Of a stretch of DNA of 64,000 nt, positions 58,387 through 64,000 are shown piece after piece. Position 1 is the first letter of the stretch, and each line of letters opens with the position of its first letter. The position numbers and the translations under genes were made by a program. Below the pieces are notes generated by a model, which did no database searches, was not told where the DNA came from, and saw only the letters and a list, made by a program, of their open reading frames with translations. Origin of the DNA: Amoebidium appalachense (Eukaryota > Protista > Ichthyosporea); contig CAVNZM010000016.1 in NCBI GenBank assembly GCA_963693365.1, positions 6,617,029 through 6,681,028 of the forward strand, in the 5' to 3' direction.

Positions 58387-61300
58387 CCCGTGGATCTGAC
58401 GGGTTAACCAACACCGTGGGGGGCAGGGTGGCCACAGACCTGGCCCCCCACATACATGCACTAACTCATCAGGAATTGCCCGGGGGCATTGGTGTGCCGG
58501 GGGGAGGGGGGGGTGCTAAGGGTGACCGCCTATATCCGGAGGTACCTCAACCTCACCCCGAGCAGCACCGATGTAATACAGGAGGTGAAATGTTAAGTGG
58601 CACTCCGGTGAATAAGGATGCATCCACTTGTGATGGGGGTAACCCGGAGTTAGTATTGCCGTTTGGTATGAAGGAGGGGGATTGGACGGTAGAACAGAAA
58701 AAATTGCTGGCTAAGTTATTTGATAGGACTCGGTTTGCATTTCTGGCCGATGATAACGAAGTAGGCTTCGTTAAAGGGTTTGAAATGCAGATCGACACAG
58801 GTGATAATAGGCCGGTAGTGATGCCTAGCTATAGAATGGAGCAGTATAAATTGTCGGATGCGCTAATAATAGTGAGTGATATGTTAAAAAAGGGTCATGT
58901 GGAGCATAGTTCGAGTCCGTGGAGAAGTCCGGTGCTATTGGTTAAGAAGCCCGACGGGTCTTGGCGTCTAGTGAACGATTACAGGGCTCTGAATCGGATC
59001 ACTAAGGCAGACCAATGGCCTCTCCCTAACATAGACGAGCAGCTTTCACAGCTGCACGGCTATACTCACTTTGCTAAACTTGATTTAAAAGCAGCTTTTT
59101 GGCAGATAAGGTTGGAGGAGAGCAGCAAGGAGAAGACTGCCTTTGCACTGGGTGACCAGCTGTTCCAGTACAAGGTGGTGCCGATGGGTTTGCTCTCCTC
59201 TCCAGCTATGTTGTGCCGGGTAATGTATAAAATTCTCCACCCTCATATGGATGTATGCCACCCTTATTTGGATGATGTTTTAATTAAAGGTAGGTCATTT
59301 GAGGAGCTAGTTAATAATTGTGAAAAAGTATTTTTAGCTTTGGGTGAGTCTGGTCTTCGTATTAGCGGTAGCAAGACTGTGATTGGTGTGCCGGAGGTTA
59401 AGTTTTTAGGTCATATTGTGTCTAGTAATGGTCTTGCCCCTGATCCGGAGAAAATCCGGGCCATAGTTGAGTGGCCCCGTCCTCAGACTGTCACTCAACT
59501 AAGGCAATTTTTAGGTTTAACTAATTATCTTCGTCGTTATATTAAGGATTATAGTATGCTTGCTTTGCCGTTAACTAGTCAGACGGGGGGGGAGAAGAAG
59601 AATAGAATAGATTGGAATGTTGATGCTGTTTCTGCTTTCGAAAAGCTTAAGTTAGCTTTGCAGTCTTCGAGTATGCTTGTTCATCCTGATTTTTCGGCCG
59701 GGGGGGGGATGTTTAAAGTTCGGTGTGATGCAAGTAAGGTTGCTGAGGGGGCCGTGTTATATCAAGTGCAGGAGGGGCAGGATAGAGTGATTGCTTATGC
59801 TAGTCGTTCATTTAGTAAAAGTGAACGTAGATATAGCAATCCGGAGAGAGAGTCCCATGCTATCTTTTGGGCAGTCTCACAGGCATGGAGGTATATACTC
59901 GCAGGCAGGACGTTTGAGGTCTACACCGACCACAAGCCCTGCCTAGCCATGGCCGGCACCACTCGTCTGGTCAACGAGAGGATGCAGAAGTGGGCCGCGG
60001 CTCTCGGTGAGTTCTCCTATAAATTGTTTTATGCCAAGGGTGAAACAATGGTTGACTGTGATGCTCTCTCTCGTGCTGCTTATATTTTGTTTGAAGAAGA
60101 GAAGGAGGGGGAGGGGGGGGATAGTGAGAGACGGGGGGGGGAGGGGGGAAGGGGGGGGGAGAGTGAGCAGAAAGGAATAGATGCTGTGTCTGTGGATGTG
60201 TCTTCTTGGGCTCCGGGGTTGCTTGCTTATAAGTGTAGGGGAGGGGGGGGGAGGTATTTGTCTGTGTCTGAGGTCGGGACCGAGTCTCATGGCTCGGCCC
60301 CTGCCTTAGCACCTACGGCTTTGATCTTAGCTCAGGAGGAAGATGTGTTGATTGGTCTGGTTAAGAATTATTTAAAGGGGCCGGTTGATTCGATTAAATT
60401 TAAAAATAAAAGGCAGATGATTAAGGTAGCTAAGTTAGCAAAAATGTGTCAGGTAGAGCAGGATTTAGTTTATCATTGTTCTGGGCCAGACGGACACCGA
60501 GTTTGGGTCCCGACGGCACTTGTGCCTGAGGTTTTGCATATGGTGCATGAGCATCCCATGGCTGGTCATTTAGGTGTAAATAGGACGTTGCTTCGTGTTA
60601 ATCGTTCGTATTTTTGGCCGGGTATGAGTAGGGAGGTGAGGGATTATGTGTTGTCATGCATGCATTGTCAGCAAAGGAATGAGAGTCCCCACTCTCGTTC
60701 CCGCCCGTCGTTTATTAGGGATTTTAATGTTCGTATGTTTGAAAGGGTAGCAGTGGATGTGGTCGGTCCTTTTAATTCTACGGTTGAGGGTAACACTGTT
60801 CTTGTTACCGTCACCGATGTGGCCACTCGTTGGGTTGAAGTTTTTCCTCTCCCCACTGCTAATGCCGTGTTGTTTGCTCGTATTTTTGTGGATGAAATTT
60901 GTCTTAGGTTTGGTTGTCCTCGTGTTTTGTTAACGGATAGGAGTCGTGTGTTTTTAAATCAGTTGGTGTCGGAGGTGTGTAAAATTTTAAGGGTAGCTCA
61001 TATCACTACGTCTGCATATCACCCTCAAGCAAATGCCATCTCTGAACGTGTGCATGCAGTGTTTCAGAAGTCCTTTGGCAAAATGGTGGATGTGGAGGCT
61101 AATGATTGGGATCATATGTCTAGGTTTATTGCTCATTCATATAATTCTACCCCTCATGCTGTGACTGGTTTTTCTCCGTTTTATTTGGTCTATGGGCAGG
61201 AGGCTATTAGTTTGTTAGATACGGCACTTTTGCCGATGGGGGGGGCTGACCGACTAACTTATCCCCACTGGACTGAGTTCCGGGAGCAGCTACTAACCCG

Positions 61301-61982
61301 GGCCCGGGCTGCACGTGATGCAGCTCTGGCCCGTACACAGCAGGCACAGGCACGTACAGACGTGTCCACACGTCCGTTACGTGAATTTGCCGAGGGTACT
61401 TTAGTTTTAATTAGGGATCATACTAGGAAAAAGAGATATAAGCAGGAGCAGGAAGGTAAGGGTGAAGGTGAAGGTCTTCGTAAGTATGGTAAGAAATGGT
61501 TGCCTCTTTTTATCGGTCCGTATAAAATAGTGGCTAGGTTAGGTCCGACGGAATATAAGGTGCAGAGGTTAGATAATGAGAGTGATGTTAGATTTTATAA
61601 TGTAGATGATATAAAGGAATATTATAATAGGGCCCTTAGGGTTAAACGGCCGGAGGGCCGTCGAGTGTTAGATGCATTCACCCCCGACTATGACGGGTCG
61701 GTGGATGTATCGGAGGCTGCAGTAGATAAAATTATGGATAAAAAGGTTATCGAAGGTAAGGAAGGTAAGGTAAATTATTATTTAATTCGTTTTGAGGGAG
61801 GTTATCAGGAAGATCAGTGGTTGCCTGAGTTTCATTTGGATTGCCCGTTTTCTATTCGTGCTTATGAGGCTAGATTAGTGCAGAGGGAGTTGCCTAGTGC
61901 TCCCTCCCGGCCAAAGAGAGTTATTCCTATGTTTAATCGTGGTGTGAAAAAGTCGGTGGGGGAGGGGGCCGGGGGGGAGTGA
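58353..61982 (+). CDS. Gypsy-2 Pol: RT, RNase H, integrase, chromodomain-like C-terminus
   Basis: LDLKAAFWQ, PMG, YLDD; CDAS, RE, TDH, DALSR; HEHPMAGH...CMHC, DDE, GPY; VDKIMDKK...YYLIRFEG...DQWLP. Confidence 0.96.
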   Translation, partial: ECAGRGEGVGLTRGSDGLTNTVGGRVATDLAPHIHALTHQELPGGIGVPGGGGGAKGDRLYPEVPQPHPEQHRCNTGGEMLSGTPVNKDASTCDGGNPELVLPFGMKEGDWTVEQKKLLAKLFDRTRFAFLADDNEVGFVKGFEMQIDTGDNRPVVMPSYRMEQYKLSDALIIVSDMLKKGHVEHSSSPWRSPVLLVKKPDGSWRLVNDYRALNRITKADQWPLPNIDEQLSQLHGYTHFAKLDLKAAFWQIRLEESSKEKTAFALGDQLFQYKVVPMGLLSSPAMLCRVMYKILHPHMDVCHPYLDDVLIKGRSFEELVNNCEKVFLALGESGLRISGSKTVIGVPEVKFLGHIVSSNGLAPDPEKIRAIVEWPRPQTVTQLRQFLGLTNYLRRYIKDYSMLALPLTSQTGGEKKNRIDWNVDAVSAFEKLKLALQSSSMLVHPDFSAGGGMFKVRCDASKVAEGAVLYQVQEGQDRVIAYASRSFSKSERRYSNPERESHAIFWAVSQAWRYILAGRTFEVYTDHKPCLAMAGTTRLVNERMQKWAAALGEFSYKLFYAKGETMVDCDALSRAAYILFEEEKEGEGGDSERRGGEGGRGGESEQKGIDAVSVDVSSWAPGLLAYKCRGGGGRYLSVSEVGTESHGSAPALAPTALILAQEEDVLIGLVKNYLKGPVDSIKFKNKRQMIKVAKLAKMCQVEQDLVYHCSGPDGHRVWVPTALVPEVLHMVHEHPMAGHLGVNRTLLRVNRSYFWPGMSREVRDYVLSCMHCQQRNESPHSRSRPSFIRDFNVRMFERVAVDVVGPFNSTVEGNTVLVTVTDVATRWVEVFPLPTANAVLFARIFVDEICLRFGCPRVLLTDRSRVFLNQLVSEVCKILRVAHITTSAYHPQANAISERVHAVFQKSFGKMVDVEANDWDHMSRFIAHSYNSTPHAVTGFSPFYLVYGQEAISLLDTALLPMGGADRLTYPHWTEFREQLLTRARAARDAALARTQQAQARTDVSTRPLREFAEGTLVLIRDHTRKKRYKQEQEGKGEGEGLRKYGKKWLPLFIGPYKIVARLGPTEYKVQRLDNESDVRFYNVDDIKEYYNRALRVKRPEGRRVLDAFTPDYDGSVDVSEAAVDKIMDKKVIEGKEGKVNYYLIRFEGGYQEDQWLPEFHLDCPFSIRAYEARLVQRELPSAPSRPKRVIPMFNRGVKKSVGEGAGGE

Positions 61983-62249
61983 TGCAAATACACGTAGACA
62001 CACGGGGGGAGGGGGAGGGAGGGGAGGAGACCGAGGAGGAGTGTGAACGTAGTCGTAGGAATTTAATTTATTATCATAGGTGTCTCCGTAGGTATCAAGC
62101 TTATGGTGTAGATTAATTTATTATTTTTCTTCGTAATTTATTTAATTTAATTTTTTTTAGGAGACTGATTAGTCTATGTCTTTTTAGGGGGTGTTAGATG
62201 TAATGTGACTGAGGTGGGACTCAGCTTTTCCGAGGGCCGGGGGGGGAGT

Positions 62250-62966
62250 TGACATATACTAATCCGTCTCAGCAGATTAGCCTAAGTCTACGATCGAGAT
62301 CGGGGGGGGGGGGGGGGGGGGGGGTGGCCCGGGTCCACAGATCATCAAGATCAAGTCCGGGGCCTCAAGATAGCTGTACAGCTGCGTGCATCTTGCCTCT
62401 GCCGGCGCAGGGCATTGGACCACGTCAGCCGGGACAGCCGTCCAATAGAATTCTAATTAGTGTGTAGGATAGATCGTAGGAGGACTTAGGAATGTGATTG
62501 TTCGGGCAGAAGCCCTTTTGTAAGTATTGGCAAGGCTAGATAGTGTATGTTGCCAAACGTATTTATATATGTAGATGTAGAGGAAAGGGGGGGAGGGAGG
62601 GGGGGGGAGGATAGTATGAAATGTAGATTTAGACTCTGCGGTGCCACTAGGGGGAGGGTGAGGGGTGAGACTTGGATAAATATATTAGTTGAGTAGATCG
62701 ACTTAGCTCGTGCAGGCGCACGATAAAAGTAGATCGGAATGTTAATGGAATGTGGCATCGTAGGGGGCCAGGTGATGATGATCTTGTAGGGCACGGCCTT
62801 GATGGCCTCAGTCGTAACTTAGACTCAATCCGTACGGATCTAAGTTTGCCCGTCGGAGCCTGGTCTTAATAAACTTTACCGTTTTTCTGTACACGTTCGT
62901 TCCTTTTCGTGTGGGTACACTTAGTAGAGTGCCGCGTCTCTAGTACACATACATTAGGATACGACA
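62250..62966 (+). repeat. Gypsy-2 3' LTR
   Basis: Direct repeat of 54610-55324. Confidence 0.95.
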
Positions 62967-62992
62967 GGCGCCCCCCCTAGGTCTCCGGGCTG

Positions 62993-64000
62993 ATGTGCGG
63001 CTTGCCGGGGGTGGGGTCACGGAATTGGTACACCGCTGACCCCCAAACCCCCCCCCCTGTACCCCTGAGGACGTCAATACGGGTATGGCAGATTCAGGAT
63101 TGTTTCCTCACGTGTCTAGCGATTTGCTTCCCCTTCCCTTTTTCAATATCCCGCCGTTGCTTGATCAGTGTAGGTTTATTTCCCCAAGGAGAAGGGGGAG
63201 ATTCAACAAGAAGTTTTTATTGTTTCAAATGGCTAATCGTTCCATAGCAGCTATCAACACCTTGCATAATGGGCTTCCTTGCCCGGTAGAGTCTCCTAGG
63301 AACAATGTTTGGCAACCAATGCACAACCCCCCTTCCCAGTCACACATACACATTTCCACCACAGCTTCTCCCTTTGGCAATCATTTTTTTCCCACCCCAC
63401 CTCCCAACTACACACACATTTCTCATGCACCCACGTCAGCACAAACACAGGCCATGAACAATATTTTGTTTTCATGCTCAGATATGCGCCGCAGGATCAG
63501 AAATGTCCCCTTAGCGGCCGTGTCTGAGTCTTTCCCATATTTCAATCATACTAAAGCTTTTACACCCATAGTTGCCGAGCGTATGGCCCTTCCCCCCACG
63601 GGGTTTGGAGCCACTGTTCTTCTCTTGACGGTCCTTCCCCCTGACCTCAAGGAGATGTTGGAGACACCTTGTGTGTTGGTGGTGTCGCAGACGAGTGAGG
63701 GTGGCGGTGTTGGCCTGTCGGGTGGGAGTGACCCCACATCATCCACGGAGCCGGCCTGTCACGGAGTCAGCGGGTGTGGGGGGGTGCCGACGACCGAGGG
63801 TACCACTAATGGTGCCGAGGGAGTCCACCCCACGCCCGGGCGTCCTGTCTTCGCGTTTGCATCACCAGCTGAGTGGCCGAGTCTGGCCAAGCGTATGTTT
63901 GAATGCGGTATTGTTGCTTTTTTGGAGTTGTCTGAGCCCCCCAAAGTAATCAATGGGCTGTTTGCAGTGGAGAAAGATGAGAAGGAAGACCGTTTGATAA
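62993..64000 (+). CDS. RT ORF of YR retrotransposon copy 2, running off the window end (one frameshift in the C-run at about 63050)
   Basis: Collinear with 48700-49650: RNWYT, GLFPHVSSDLLPLPFF, SPRRRGRFNK, NVPLAAVSESFPYFNH, PPKVINGLFAVEKDEKEDRLI. Confidence 0.88.

Larger units (their letters stand above)
54610..62966 (+). mobile_element. Full-length chromodomain-bearing Ty3/Gypsy LTR retrotransposon (Gypsy-2), nested in the YR element
   Basis: LTRs 54610-55324 and 62250-62966 (TG...CA; one substitution plus a G-run length difference). TSD GGCGC at 54605-54609 and 62967-62971. G-rich PPT before 62250. Confidence 0.97.

Overview
Eukaryotic (probably protist) genomic DNA, very rich in microsatellites and poly-C/poly-G runs. 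Most listed ORFs are low-complexity artefacts. Host genes supported by the sequence: the 3' end of an RD-repeat/RRM gene, an intronless F-box/LRR gene, a 5-exon PRELI/MSF1 (Slowmo/Ups2-like) gene with one GC-AG intron, two duplicated BTB/POZ plus SPRY-like genes (one frameshifted) and a MYND-finger exon. Mobile elements: two young full-length chromodomain Ty3/Gypsy elements (37187-45427 minus; 54610-62966 plus), a young non-autonomous relative of the first (13087-16699), a decayed LINE, a candidate solo LTR, an orphan piggyBac-like end, and two tandem tyrosine-recombinase (DIRS/Ngaro-like) retrotransposons, the second split by the plus-strand Gypsy. Most notable: (1) an apparent in-frame RT-RNaseH-tyrosine recombinase polyprotein, with TGATG gag/pol coupling in the neighbouring copy; (2) a roughly 10-fold strand-specific ACGAA enrichment across Gypsy-1 RNA that is denser still in its non-coding relative (candidate dispersed packaging signal); (3) stacked in-frame TGA then TAG stops in two unrelated young Gypsy elements; (4) a captured 18-nt tRNA-Arg 3' end at a duplicated PBS. 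Counts are manual, and homopolymer indels may be assembly errors.
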